This document shows, piece by piece, positions 1-11,795 of a stretch of 64,000 nt of DNA. Both the position numbers and the translations under genes were made by a program. Where the stretch lies: contig MU058337.1 of the NCBI GenBank assembly GCA_013265495.1, positions 6,926,716 to 6,990,715 on the forward strand, given 5' to 3'. The notes under the pieces were generated by a model that saw only the letters and a program-made list of their open reading frames with translations, was not told where the DNA came from and searched no databases. The stretch's first letter is position 1. Each line of letters starts with the position of its first letter. Origin of the DNA: Vicugna vicugna (lineage: Eukaryota).

Positions 1-360
1 AATTTTCTCAGCTTTGAAACAGTATCTTCCTATTTAATGACATTTAATGACGTTGGCTAGATCTGAATGCTGGTACTATCTGGTTTGTTCAGTTTTGAAG
101 CAGTCAAACCATCTTTCGCTTAGGCTGGGTATTTCTTTCATGCTGCACACAAGACCTATTCTTTTTGAAAGAAAGATTTCAAATGGTTTACTGAAATGGT
201 TTTATTCTCAGGTATGCTGTGTTTATCACATGCAGTTATATACATGTCTAGACATAAACGTTTTATTTTACTTATCAGTGCATTGTGGTTTCTTATGCTT
301 TATTTCATTTGCCTGTGTCACTATATTTTCTTCAAAAGTTTTTTCTAGTCTTCTGTTTCA

Positions 361-1130
361 CAGTTTCATTGAGGTATAATTTACATCCCATAGAATTCAC
401 TCTAAATTTTAAAGATACAATTCAACAAGTTTTAGTAAATTTGCAGACTTGTACAGTCATTGCCATGATGTAATTTTAGAAGACTTTGGACACCCCCAAA
501 AGAAATCTCATGTCCATTTGCAGTCACTCTCAGTTCCCAGTCCCACCCAGCTCCAGGCAACCACTGGTCTACTTTCGACTCTATAGATTTGCCTTTTCTG
601 AACATTTCGTATAAATGGAATCATTCAACATGGAGCCTTGCTTCTGGCTCCTTTTACTTAGCTTAGTGTTTTTGACGGTCATCCATGCTGTGTGTCAGTA
701 CTTCATGCCTTCTTATTGCCAGATAGTATTCCATTCTGTTTTCTGGGTAAAACACACTCACCAGTTGATGGACATTTGGGTTGTTACCACTTTTTGGTTA
801 TCATGAATAATGCTACTATGAACATTTGTATATAAGTTTGTGTGTGAACGTGTGGTTGATTTTTCTTGGGTAGATACCTAGCAGTGGAATTGCTGGGTTG
901 GGTGATCACTCTAACATTTTAGGCAACATGAAAACTGTTCCTCAGAATGGCTCTACCAGCAACCTGTGAGGTTTTCCAGCTACTTCACATCCTTGCCAAC
1001 ACTTAGTGTGGCCAGTCTTTTTAAATTTTAGCCATCCTAATAGGTGTGTAGTGGATGTCAATTTAGTTTTAATTTGCATTTCCTTAATGGTGTTGGGTAC
1101 CTGTTTATGTGCTTACTGGCCATTCTCATT
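361..1130 (-). mobile_element. Old L1 (L1MB/MC-like) 3' fragment
   Basis: Antisense L1 3' motifs: gaggtataatttacat, ggcaaccact...gatttgccttttctg, ggacatttgggttgtt, gtggaattgctggg. Confidence 0.8.
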
Positions 1131-1186
1131 CTTTGATGATCCTAGTTGTTTTTATTTATTTTTTTTAAACTGCATAAAACCTAGTG

Positions 1187-1313
1187 CACTCAGCCCTCTG
1201 TACCTGTGGCTGACTGTCCTATGAAGTTTTATACAAGGGACTTAAGTATCTTCAGATTTTAGTATCTGCAGAGGTCTTGGAACCAATCCCTTGCAGCTAC
1301 TGAGGGCCGACTA
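1187..1313. mobile_element. MER2/Tigger-type MITE, internally deleted
   Basis: TIR-like ends cactcagccctctgta / tactgagggccgacta; internal aagggacttaagtatc...ggaaccaatccc. Confidence 0.6.
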
Positions 1314-1317
1314 CATA

Positions 1318-1936
1318 GCATAACAGTCAGGGTCCAGCCAGGAAATGAAAACCACACATTATTTCAAAAGAGAGAATGAAATATAAAGAGTTGTTGTTAG
1401 GTGTAAAATTGTTAAGTAGGGAACTGAAAAGGTCAAAAGAGAACATTTACATATCATAGAGGTATTGGCCCCAGGAAGCAGGGGACCTTGGGTTGAGATT
1501 GTGTTGTTAAATCTTAGAAGGAGGGGCTTAAATCTTAAAGGAGGAGCTCCCTAGAGCTGAAACCCAGACCTCTGAGGAGTGAGTGCTGGGCGGTTGGTGA
1601 TGGTGTCTCTGAGGGGGACCGTAATGAGGATGGTTCTGTGCATGCTGGAAAAATGGCAAACCTGATTCAGCTGATGAACAGGAAGGAACTGCTGCTGCCA
1701 GAGTGAAGCAGCGTTGCTGGGTGACACTAGGGACCAAAGCCAGCAGGAAGCTGGCACCAAGGAGCAAGCTCCTTCTCTTCCCCAACTTTGTAGTCTCCCT
1801 CTGGTACCCTCTGGTGGCAAGCCTAACATGGAACCAACTAGTAAAACTGGCTTTCAGAGGACCAGCACTGGCATCCCAGAGCTGAGTGTGGAAGATTAGG
1901 CTGGAGCAGGGAGACAGTAGCTGAATAACATGCACA
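1318..1936 (-). mobile_element. ERVL-class LTR (3' LTR of the adjacent provirus remnant)
   Basis: Minus strand reads PPT-like caaaagggtgggc followed by TGT at 1936; adjoins ERV-L internal sequence. Confidence 0.6.
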
Positions 1937-2269
1937 GCCCACCCTTTTGACTGCTCTGCATGCAGACCCACCTTCTACACTTATTTGAACTACCATACAT
2001 GTTTCTGCCTAACACAACATAGACATCCTTCATGCAAATGAAATGATGTTCTCACTGGCTCCTCAAACAAGGAGTCACAAAGTCTCATTGTATGCATCTT
2101 TGAAAGGAAGTAATATTATCCATATCTGGGCTTTGTTAATTAATCCTTAAATTCAGTTGTAGTCTCGTGTGAATATGTGCTACGCAAAGTCTAAATTGTA
2201 GAGTTAAATTTCAACAACAGTGCTTGTATAAAATAATACAAGACGAAGGAGGAGAAGAAAGGAACGTAG

Positions 2270-2310
<41 letters not shown>

Positions 2311-3060
2311 CCCCAAGCAGGAAGGAGGTGTGCATAGGTGCTGTAGTGTTCATGTCTCTCACTGACCTTTTGGCAGTAGTTGATAATTACATCTTTATTC
2401 TCTTCTTATCTATTCCATATATCCTTTGCCCCCAACCAGGATCTCAGCTGATTAGACTTCTTTACCTGAACATCTAAATTCTCAGTAGTCCTGCCTTTCT
2501 TTGGATTACTGTAGTTTTTCATGAACTTGTACTGTTGGAGGTAGAAATACTAAGAGGTGCCTTGAAGAGTCCACCCTGGCTTCCAACCATTGTCCTTGCT
2601 GACCTTTGGAAGGCAGCAGCCCGGTATGTTCTAACCCCAGCTGGTAGAGTATCATCTTCATATACCTTCTGGTTCAGTGCTCGAGGAGCCCCCAGTTGGC
2701 TAGGTGGCCGTTTCACCTTTTGATTCATTGTGCACTGTCACCTCCTTTAAGTGGAAGCATTCTTCCCTTTAAAACCAGGACCTCCATTCCAGCAGGGATG
2801 GAGTGTATTTTTAGAGTAATAGTGAGAGTGGCCACACCTGCCTCTATACCTTGATTCCTGGACCAGTGTCTTCTGACCTGGGGAGAGACAGCTGATTCAG
2901 AGCACATACTACATCTTGTGAGACAGAAGGCCATCCTTTCAGAATGTTGTCTTCCAACTGTTGCTTTCAGTAGGTCTTTCCATTCTGCTCTTGGGCCACC
3001 TGCTTGCAAGTAATGGGATACGTGGTAAGACTGGTGAATTCCAAGTGCTGACAGACACTA
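1937..3060 (-). mobile_element. ERV-L internal remnant: degenerate integrase C-terminus plus dUTPase
   Basis: Minus-strand peptides AVSPQVRRHWSRNQGIEAGVATLTIT, AGMEVLVLKGRMLP and NQKVKRPPSQLG resemble recalled ERV-L pol (VSPIARIHGSRNQGVEVEVAPLTIT, AGLEVLVPEGGMLP, NWKLRLPPGHFG); frameshifted. Confidence 0.8.
2273..2308. repeat. (AC)18 microsatellite
   Basis: Direct reading. Confidence 0.95.
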
Positions 3061-4249
3061 CTTCATCAGTGGTCCGTCCATGTGGTGTTTTCAGACTGTG
3101 GTCCATGAGCCATGGTGGGCCTGAGGACAGTTTAGAGGGCTGTGACCAGTTCCCTCCCTTCTTCCCTTCTTCCTTTCCTTCCAGTGAACTAGAATAACTA
3201 GAGAGGCTGGGATGGAAAATAATAGAGTGTAACACATGTTGTAAGGGGTACATATTTTGGGGGAAATATTCTTATACACACTTAACCATATCATAATTTA
3301 AAGTTCATTCCTTAATATGATTCATGGTGACAATACTTTGAAAGCTACCAGTGTAAGGAGACATTTGAACTTGTGGGTTTCTCCTCTCCAACCCCTGTGG
3401 TTTATCAGTCCCTCTCCACATGATGTCAGTGTTGATCACAGTCCTGCAGTGGTCCTACGCACCAGGATGGGTTTCTGTGGAAATCTTGTTTACTTGGCGA
3501 CAAAATCAAAGGATGGCAGTCGTGAGTGAGATCACCTATAAAACTTAACTTTTAGAGTTTTTTAGAAGATTAGATGAGACCATGTGACTGTATTCTGTGC
3601 TCACCCTCTGTTGTATAGCGGGAATCAGGTCCATGTAACACAGTCTGTTAAAGATGTGCCCAGAGTTATTTATGTATTTTTTTTTTAATTTTACCATAAA
3701 AATTCTTTAAATTTTACCATGAAATTTCCATTAATCCTAAATTGTTTAGGTGACTGGAGTGATCTAAATAGAGTTAATTCTGTGATTTGAATGAAATTTC
3801 AGATCCTCTGTTCATAATCTCTCTCTTTCCACCCCTCCTCTGACTTTTTCTCCAAGTGGTATTTTTTTTTCTTGGCTCTTGAGAGCCTTGTGGTTAAAGC
3901 AGAGATGAAAATTTTGTGGGAAAAGATCTGCAAAATAAATTTCTTAGGATGAATTGAGTTAGATGGCCCAGCCCTCAGGCTCAGACCTTGCCTAACAGAA
4001 TGAATGAGCCAAAGTTAGTGACTTGACAAAAGGTTTCCCTTAAGTGCCCTGTAAATTTAAAGTGAATGGCTTTAACTGGCCGTTGTTGAAGAAATTGTCT
4101 TACCATTTTCTTTGTACTGTCTTTCACACAAACAGCGCCAGGAGTGCTTTTGGAAATTGGCTGTGTTGGAGGTCCTGATAGGCTTTGAAGAGATAACTGT
4201 GCTGAGGATAGAGTGCCTTCAGGAGAATATCAACTTAAAATTTTGTTTT

Positions 4250-4982
4250 TCACTAGTTACAAGTTTACAACACTTGTTGTAATCACAACAACAACACAGT
4301 GATTCACAATTTTTAAAGGTTATATTCCATTTATGGTTATTATGAAATATTTGCTAAATTCCCCTTGTGCTACAATCCTTGTAGCTTTTTTAAATATTTA
4401 ATAGTTTGTACCTTTTAATCCCCTACTGCTGTATTGGCCCTCCCCACTTCCTCTTCCCTACTGGTAACCATTAGTTTGTTCTCTGTGTCTGTGAGTCTAC
4501 TTCTTTTTGTCTCATTCACTTGTTTGTTGCATTTTTTAGATTTCATATGTATGATATTGTATATTTGTCTTTCTCTGACTTATTTCACTTAGCATAGTGT
4601 CCTTCAAGTCCATCCATCTGTGTTACTGCAAATGGAAAAGTTTCATTCTTTTTTATGGCTGAGTAATATTCCTGTGTGTGTGTACACTACATCTTCTTTA
4701 TCCATTCATCTGTTTATAGACACTTACATTACTTACCTATCTTGACAGTTATAAATAATACTACTATGAACATTGGGATGCATGTATCTTTTTGAATTAA
4801 TGTTTTTGCGTTTTTTTGGGTATATACCCAGGAGTGGAATTGCTGGGTCATATGGTAATTCTATTTTTAGTTTTTTGAGAAACCTCCATACTGTTTTCCA
4901 CAGTGGCTGCACCAATTTATATTCCCACCAACAGTGTACCTAAGGTTCCCTTTTCTCCACATCCTAGCTAACTAACATTTGT

Positions 4983-5021
<39 letters not shown>

Positions 5022-5445
5022 TGACAGCCATTCTGACAGGTGTGAGGTGATATCTCTTTGTGGTTTTGATTTGTATTTCCTTGATGATTAGCAATGCTGA
5101 GCATCTTTTCACGTGTCCGGTGGCCACCTGCATGTCCTTTTTGGAGAAATGTTAATTTGGATCTTCTGCCCATTTTTTAATTGGGTTGTTTGTTTTTTTG
5201 ATGTGGAGTTGCATGAGTTGTTTATATATGTTGAATATTAACCCCCTATTGGTCATCTCATTTGCAGCTATTTTCTCGCATTCAGTAGGTTGTCTTTTCA
5301 TTTTGACAGTTTCCTTTGCTATTCAAAAGCTTTTAAGTTTAATTAGGTCTCATTTGTTTATTTCTTCTTTTATTTCCTTTGTTTTAGGAGACAGATTAAA
5401 AAAAAATTGCTGTGATTTATATTGAAGAGTGTTCTGCCTGTGTCT
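4250..5445 (-). mobile_element. Younger L1 (artiodactyl/camelid type): 3' UTR plus ORF2 C-terminus
   Basis: Minus ORF 4733-4915 [33 protein letters not shown] is the L1 ORF2 C-terminus; typical 3' UTR. Confidence 0.92.
4987..5020. repeat. (TG)17 microsatellite inside L1
   Basis: Direct reading. Confidence 0.95.
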
Positions 5446-5469
5446 TCCTGTCCCTGATATGTCCTGTTT

Positions 5470-6275
5470 TTAAACAACTGAATCAAGACAATATTCGTAT
5501 ATTATACAATTTACCCTTTTAAAATGTAACAATCCAGTGGTTTTCAGTGTATTCACAAAATTGTGTATAATCACTATAGTCAATTTTAGAACATTTTTAT
5601 TACCTCCTAAAGAAATCCTGTACCTCTTAACTGTTGCCCCTTAATTCCACCCTACGTAGCCCCCTAGCCATAGGCATCCACTAATCTACTGTCTCTTAGA
5701 TCTGCCTATTCTGGACACTGTATACCAACAAAATCATACAGTAGGTTGTCCTTTGTCACTGGCTTTCATTTATCATAATGTTTTCAAGGTTCATCCATGT
5801 TAAAGCACATATCACTACCTCATTTCTTTTTATTGCTGAATAATATTCTATTGTATGGATAGACCACATTTTGTTTATCCATTTGCCAGTTGATGGACAT
5901 TTGGGTAGTTTCCATTTTTCAACTGTTATGAGTAATACTCTTAAGAACATTGATACACAAATTTTTGTGTGGATGTATGTTTCCAGCTCTCTTGGGTATA
6001 TAGCTAGGAGTGGAATTGCTGGATCATATAGTAACTCTATATTTAACCATTTGAAGAACTGCTTGACTTTTCCAAAGCAGCTGCCCTATTTTACATTCCC
6101 ACCAAGAGTGTATGAGTGATCCAGTTTTTCCACATTGTCACCAATACTTGTTATTATCTGTCTTTTTGATTTTAGCCATCTTAGTGGGTATGAGTACTGT
6201 CTCATGGTTTTGATTTGCATTTCTCCAGTGACTTTTCATTTGCTTATTGGCCATTTGTATATCTTCTTTGGGTTT
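5470..6275 (-). mobile_element. L1MB-like 3' fragment
   Basis: Minus peptide KWKLPKCPSTGKWINKMWSIHTIEYYSAIKRNE...WMNLENIM; L1MB 3' motifs. Confidence 0.85.
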
Positions 6276-7989
6276 TGTCTGTCTTTATTTGGTGTGGAGG
6301 GATAGCAGTATCTGTAATCTGCCCATTTGTTAGGTAGAGTCTGGTTTTCCAGAAGTTACCCACTTCGCGGTTGTAGTGAAATCCACTTACACATCAGAGA
6401 ATACTTGGTTGAAGTGATATTCTTTTAAAACAGTTACAGTTAAGCCATAACCCACCCATAGGCTATGTATAGATGACAAGATCATGAAGGCTCTAAATTT
6501 TATGTCTTTGTAAAAAGAAATTAAAACTGTAAAGGAGTCAGGCAGAGAAGGGGGTTTTATGAGCCATCGTAAGTGGCGGCATATGATATATCTAGTTCCT
6601 GCTAACCCTCTGGCCTAGATAAAGGAGTACATATGTTATTTTGTGTCTTGACTCTGCTTTTTCAAAACCATAGGAGTATTTTTGAAAAATTGCATTTTGC
6701 CTCCTGGAGAAGTGGAGAAGTAACCTCTGTGGTATGTTTATTTCTTATTATTTACCTTTGATTAAGCTAATTGAAAATCTGACTACATTGCAATAGTTTT
6801 TTTAAATTTAAATTTTTTTCTTTATAAAAGTTTGTACCTTTTGACCACCTTCATCCAGTTTCTCCTCCCTTCACCCTTGGCCTCTAGTAAGATCGAATCT
6901 GATCTCTTTTTTTATTTGTTGAGACAGTATTTCTGTACTGACACAATGATAGTAAAAATTTTAAAGTATTCAGCTGCTAAAGTGTGAGGTACAAGTGCCT
7001 GAGGTGTGCAGAATCTGAATTCTGTCTCTCTCGTCACGTGTAAGAACAGCTTTCTAGTAACCGTAACTCCATATTTGAAGCACGTGGACTTTTTCACGCT
7101 TGCATGTACAAACGATTCATGCTGTGTTCCTTTTCTGTTGTTTAAACTCAGTATACCTTGCCACTCAGTGATCTTTTCCTTTGGGAGAGGCTGGGGGAGA
7201 CCAAGGGGCGGTCACTGTGAGCTCTGGTCTCATTCTGCCACTGCGTGTTGGCTCTGCCTCCTTGTTTCTCACTTAGTGTCTCGTTTACAGTTGGATGTTG
7301 GTGCTTGCTGTATTCATTGTGATCTTCTGGGCCATCAGTCTCCCTCTGCTGAGCCCCTCCCCTATCTGTGTGTTCAGTCAGGACGTAAAGCTTTGCAAAT
7401 AGGCAAGCTCTTTGGCAGCTTCTCATATTTGACGTAGGATCCGTGTTTATGGATTTACTGGTTTCTCTTCAAAGAACTGACCTCCCTCAGAAACCATGGT
7501 TTTGCTTCATGACCTCCCAGAACAAAAATTGAAGTTCTGACATTACCTGAAGCTTCCTGAGCTGAGGGATAAATCAGAACCTCTGTAAACACTGTTGGTT
7601 CGTTCATTTTGTAGCTCGAAAAAAAGCAGTGGAAATCACCTATGAATCGGGAATTTGACTCTCAGCTGTCTTTTTTTCTATGACAGTATATAGTTTGAAA
7701 AGTTTTTCTAAGAAGTTCATTACCAAGTGGAATGAAGAAATACTGTAGTTACTAGTTATATGCACTATAGAATATGATCTAATCTAATATAAAATATTAG
7801 AAATAGTTAGGAGGAAAATAAACGTGTGAAGCCTACTTCTTGGGCTTGTCTGCCCTTTGTCGGGGTGGGGGGAGAAGGGGAGAAAAGACTGGCTTTCTGT
7901 TTTTCTCCTGGTTTTCTGTTATTTCACAGCAGTTGTTCTTAGAAGTCCTAGGAAAGCAATGCCTAGTAGATATGTTTTTGTTTTTGTAT

Positions 7990-8450
7990 TTGTTTTTGAT
8001 ATATATATAACATGCCATGTACATAACATAAAATTTACCATTTTGACTTATTAAGTATTGTTTGGTGGCATTAAGTAAATTCACATTGTTGTGTAACCAT
8101 CCATCTTCAGAACTCTTTCATCATTTTAGACAAACTCTATATCCATTAAATAACTCCTCATTTCCTCTTCCCCTCAGCCCCTGGAAACCATCATTCTACT
8201 TTCTGTTTCTATGAATTTGTCTATTCCAGTTACCTCGTATAGTATTTGTTTTTTGTAACTGGCTTATTTCATTTAGCACAATGTCCTCAAGGTTCATCTG
8301 TGTTGTGGCATGAATCAGGATTTCCTTCCTTTAAGGTTGAATAATATATTCCATTGCATATAGGTACCACATTTTGTTCATCTTTTGATGGACACTTAGG
8401 TTGGTTCTACCTCTTGGCTATTGTGAATAATGCTGCCGTGGTCATGGGGA
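7990..8450 (-). mobile_element. L1MA/MB-like 3' fragment
   Basis: acataacataaaatttaccatttt...cccctggaaaccatcattctactttctgt...gctattgtgaataatgctgc. Confidence 0.8.
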
Positions 8451-8609
8451 TGGGACTGGAGTGAGGGACAAGAGTGGTTTGAATTTCTTGCTGACACTGA
8501 AGGAGGGAGCCCCTTGCCCTCCCTACCATGTGCCCAGAAGAGGAAGAAGTAGAGGTGAGTGAGACTGAAAAGCTGTTAGCAGTAAAACATCAAAAATGAA
8601 GCCAGGCCC

Positions 8610-9145
8610 TTTATTGTATTCACATACCACAAAATTCACCTTTTGAAAGTGTTCTTTATACGACACCGGGACTGTAGTCAGTATTTTGTAGTAGCTATTA
8701 ATGGAATATAACCTTTAAAAATTGTGAATCACTGTGTTGTGCATCTGTAACTTAAATTATATTGTATATCAACTATACTTCAATAGAAAAAAGAAACATA
8801 TTCAATCCAGTGGTTTTTAGTGTATTCACAGACTGTATGTTGTGTATAGGTAGCCTATATGCTAGAAACACTGTCTAATTTCTGAACATTTTTATTACTC
8901 CTAAAATAACTTCCATACTCATTAGCAGTCACCCCCCCATTCTCTGGTAATCACTAATCTACTCTCTTATCTCAGTGGATTTGCCTATTCTGGACATGCT
9001 GTTTAAATAGAATCAGCTAATATGAGGTCTTTTGTTATTGGCTTCTTTTACTCAGTGTGGCATTACTCATTCACATTGTAGCATGCATTGGTTCTTTATT
9101 CCTTTTATGGCTGAGTAGTATTCCATTGTGTAGTCACACCATTCT
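8610..9145 (-). mobile_element. Old L1MB-like 3' fragment interrupted by a younger insertion
   Basis: caaaattcaccttttgaaagtgt resumes as caatccagtggtttttagtgtattcac after ~8800. Confidence 0.75.
8653..8796 (+). mobile_element. Short 5'-truncated younger L1 3' tail, nested in sense orientation
   Basis: Ends atcaactatacttcaat + A-rich tail; 8700-8740 is the exact reverse complement of 4291-4331. Confidence 0.8.
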
Positions 9146-10480
9146 AGTTTGTCATACTAAAAGATGACTGACAGAACATCTGAGGATAAGGTGATCATAG
9201 GAGAGTCAGGTATTAGCAGGAGAGGAAGACATGGAGTTGGATCTCAATGGGAGTCAAGGGCAGAAATCCAGTCTTGGGAACTGTGTAAAGCAGAGGTGGC
9301 ATTTTTTTAAAGATATTAGCATGAATGTGATCTCCAAATTGAAATATGTACACTGTGGGTGGCTGAACTGGTTGCCAATAGATACCATCCATCTATTCAT
9401 GTTCTCTGATGGAGTTTATGGTAATTATCATTCTGATACATAACAATCAGTGACACCCAAATACACATTTTGAATGATTCATTTTGTCATACCTCTGTTA
9501 GCATGAAACTTGCTTTTTGACCTTATTGAATCCTTTGCTCTAAATGTCTTCTGTTTTTCTTGTCCACTAATTTTGTTGGTTGGAAAATTGTTAATACTTA
9601 AAATTGATACAAGTTGCTTAAATGTTTATTAATGTATCTCTAGGAAACATTTCTTTTTCTCAGAATGATTTTTGTTTCATTCTCTCTCATTGTTTTAAAT
9701 AGTAACTTAGGGTTTTATTTTTTTTAACTGAATCAAATAGAGTACATTAGCAGCTTCAGATTTTCTTGGTTACCGTTTGTGATCCTTTGTAAAGTTCAAA
9801 CATTACCTTTTGTATCTCAAATAGTATTCATTGGCTTCTGTGCCCCGGATGTCTAAAATAAGTAATAATAACAAATTGAGTTAAAATTTCTAGATACCAT
9901 CTTTATTTATATTCAACTAACTATTACTTTTTAAATTGTTTTCCTCACAGAACAGAAGTTAGGTTAGTTGGTGAATTTTTTTTTTGAAATCTCAGGATAA
10001 TTTTTAACCCAGGTGTTTAGTGCTTTATAGTCAACAGTATTCAGTTTCTGTGTAGGTAGATTTCTGTGGTGTGTATCTGCCAGCGTTGTGATGAGGCATG
10101 AAGACTTGTATCTGCTGATGTCAGGACTTGTGCGTAATCTTGAACACTGTAGCTCTGCTTTAACAGAATTACCCTTCTGAAGCCCATGGCTCTAGACCAC
10201 ATATGATTACTCTGTTTATTTTGTTTGTTTGTTTTGTTACTGACATGTGGCCAGTATCTCTACTCCTTTGATCTCTGTAGCTTTTTGATACACTTTGCAT
10301 AAAAAGTCAGGAGACAGATGAAGTCTAGATTTTTGCTTATCTCTTGGGCTTAATAGGTATACTAGCTATAGAGGACAGAAATGTTGGGACTGCATGGTAT
10401 TCTCTGAAGGTCTGTTCTCACTACATTACATGGGTTTCTGTTACCAACCTTCAGGTTCAATCATTATAATTCACTCTAGA

Positions 10481-10520
10481 GCTCCACTGGCGCAATTGGT
10501 TAGCAAACGGTACTTATAAT
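10481..10520 (+). pseudogene. Tailless 5'-half tRNA-Ile(TAT) retropseudogene
   Basis: GCTCCACTGGCGCAATTGGTTAGCAAACGGTACTTATAAT differs at 5 of 40 positions from the recalled tRNA-Ile-TAT 5' half; perfect 15-bp direct repeat TTATAATTCACTCTA at 10464-10478 and 10514-10528; no 3' half, no poly(A). Confidence 0.85.
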
Positions 10521-11199
10521 TCACTCTAACTTTGAAATCTATAGATAGAAAGTGAAAACCATCTATTGCCTTGTGAAATAAGGAAGAAGATCAGGACAGG
10601 TTTTAAAAGAGCAGTAACCTTTTTCTAGATGCATGTTGTAGGAGGGAGGGGTTTCCCTGCATATTCATCATGGTCTTTTTACATAATTCGCTTTTCATAT
10701 TCTAGAAGGAAAATGGGATGAATCAATTTGATATTATATCAATGACAAGCTTTCCTATCAGCCTTCCCTAAAGATACACACAAGGTAGTGTAGTGTTACT
10801 GAGTTCAGTCTGCAGTGGAAGGACCTGGATTACTTATGCACCAAAAATAATAACCTTGCTGTCTGTGGGACTTAAGTGTGCATTTACCATTGCATACCAG
10901 AGCGCTGCTTCAGAAGGTGCCAGGTAACCCTTTATCCATGTTCTCATTTGCATCTTTGGGTGTCAGACATGAGGAAATTCTTTTGAGCAATGCAAACTTA
11001 CCAGCCCCCTCTCTAGCAAAGAGTGGAAGTGGGCAGAAGTCAAGATTGACACAGCAATTTCGTGTTCCCTTGTGGTTTGCTGTCAGCAAGCTGTTACCCA
11101 CACACGCAAAAGGTTGTTTGAAGTGGGCTTACACATGTTTCCATAGCAGCAGTCATCTTAGTGATTCCTCTCGTTTTTTGGACTTTTTTTTTTCCTTTT

Positions 11200-11795
11200 G
11201 CTTCTCTGTTCCTCACTGATGCAGGATTAAACAAACAGCATATTTAGGTCAAGGAAAGAGATGTTTGCTAATATAGATGCTAGGCTAAGCATTCTGGGAG
11301 AGCGATTTCTTGCAGCAGATGAACATTCTTTGTGCCTTCTAGCAGCATCTGCAGCAGGGTGGCTGTCTGGCACTGTCTTTTTCATTTTGGGCAGGTTCTG
11401 AGATTCAGAACAATCCGGAGCAAATTGCAGGAGCCGGCAGTTTTGCAGTCACCATATGTAAATCTTCTGCTTATTTGTTCTTTGGTATTAACCATGGAGT
11501 GATCTGTTGGAAAGACGATACTTTAAAGGTTTTGGTGCATTTGAGGTGTGTCACTTGTTTTTGCACCACCCCTCTTGTTTGACACTCGGAGCCTGGATTT
11601 TTTTTTTTTTTTTTCTGTCAGGCTGTTGGGCAGGAGCAGATTCTAGTAGAGCAGCTCGGAGCTTCCCTTCTGTTCTGGTGTCGGCGACTGCCTGTCATGA
11701 AGATGGTACAGTGGGAGCCGGCTCTGAGGAGCCAAGGAAGATGATGTGGAAATGGAGTAGAGATCGCTAGAAATCGGAACCTCCACACCTTGGGG
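11200..11795 (+). promoter_or_regulatory. Putative promoter/5' UTR of the MGCTTS exon, with uORFs
   Basis: No recognisable repeats directly upstream of the exon; uORFs at 11697-11744, 11741-11770 and 11752-11760; T-tract + CAG acceptor ending at 11621. Confidence 0.5.

Noticed and set aside
1528..1971. 147-aa minus ORF
   Set aside because: Lies almost entirely in an LTR, has a non-ATG start and no recognisable domain
4733..4915. L1 ORF2 peptide as an active gene
   Set aside because: Element is 5'-truncated, frameshifted and interrupted by a microsatellite
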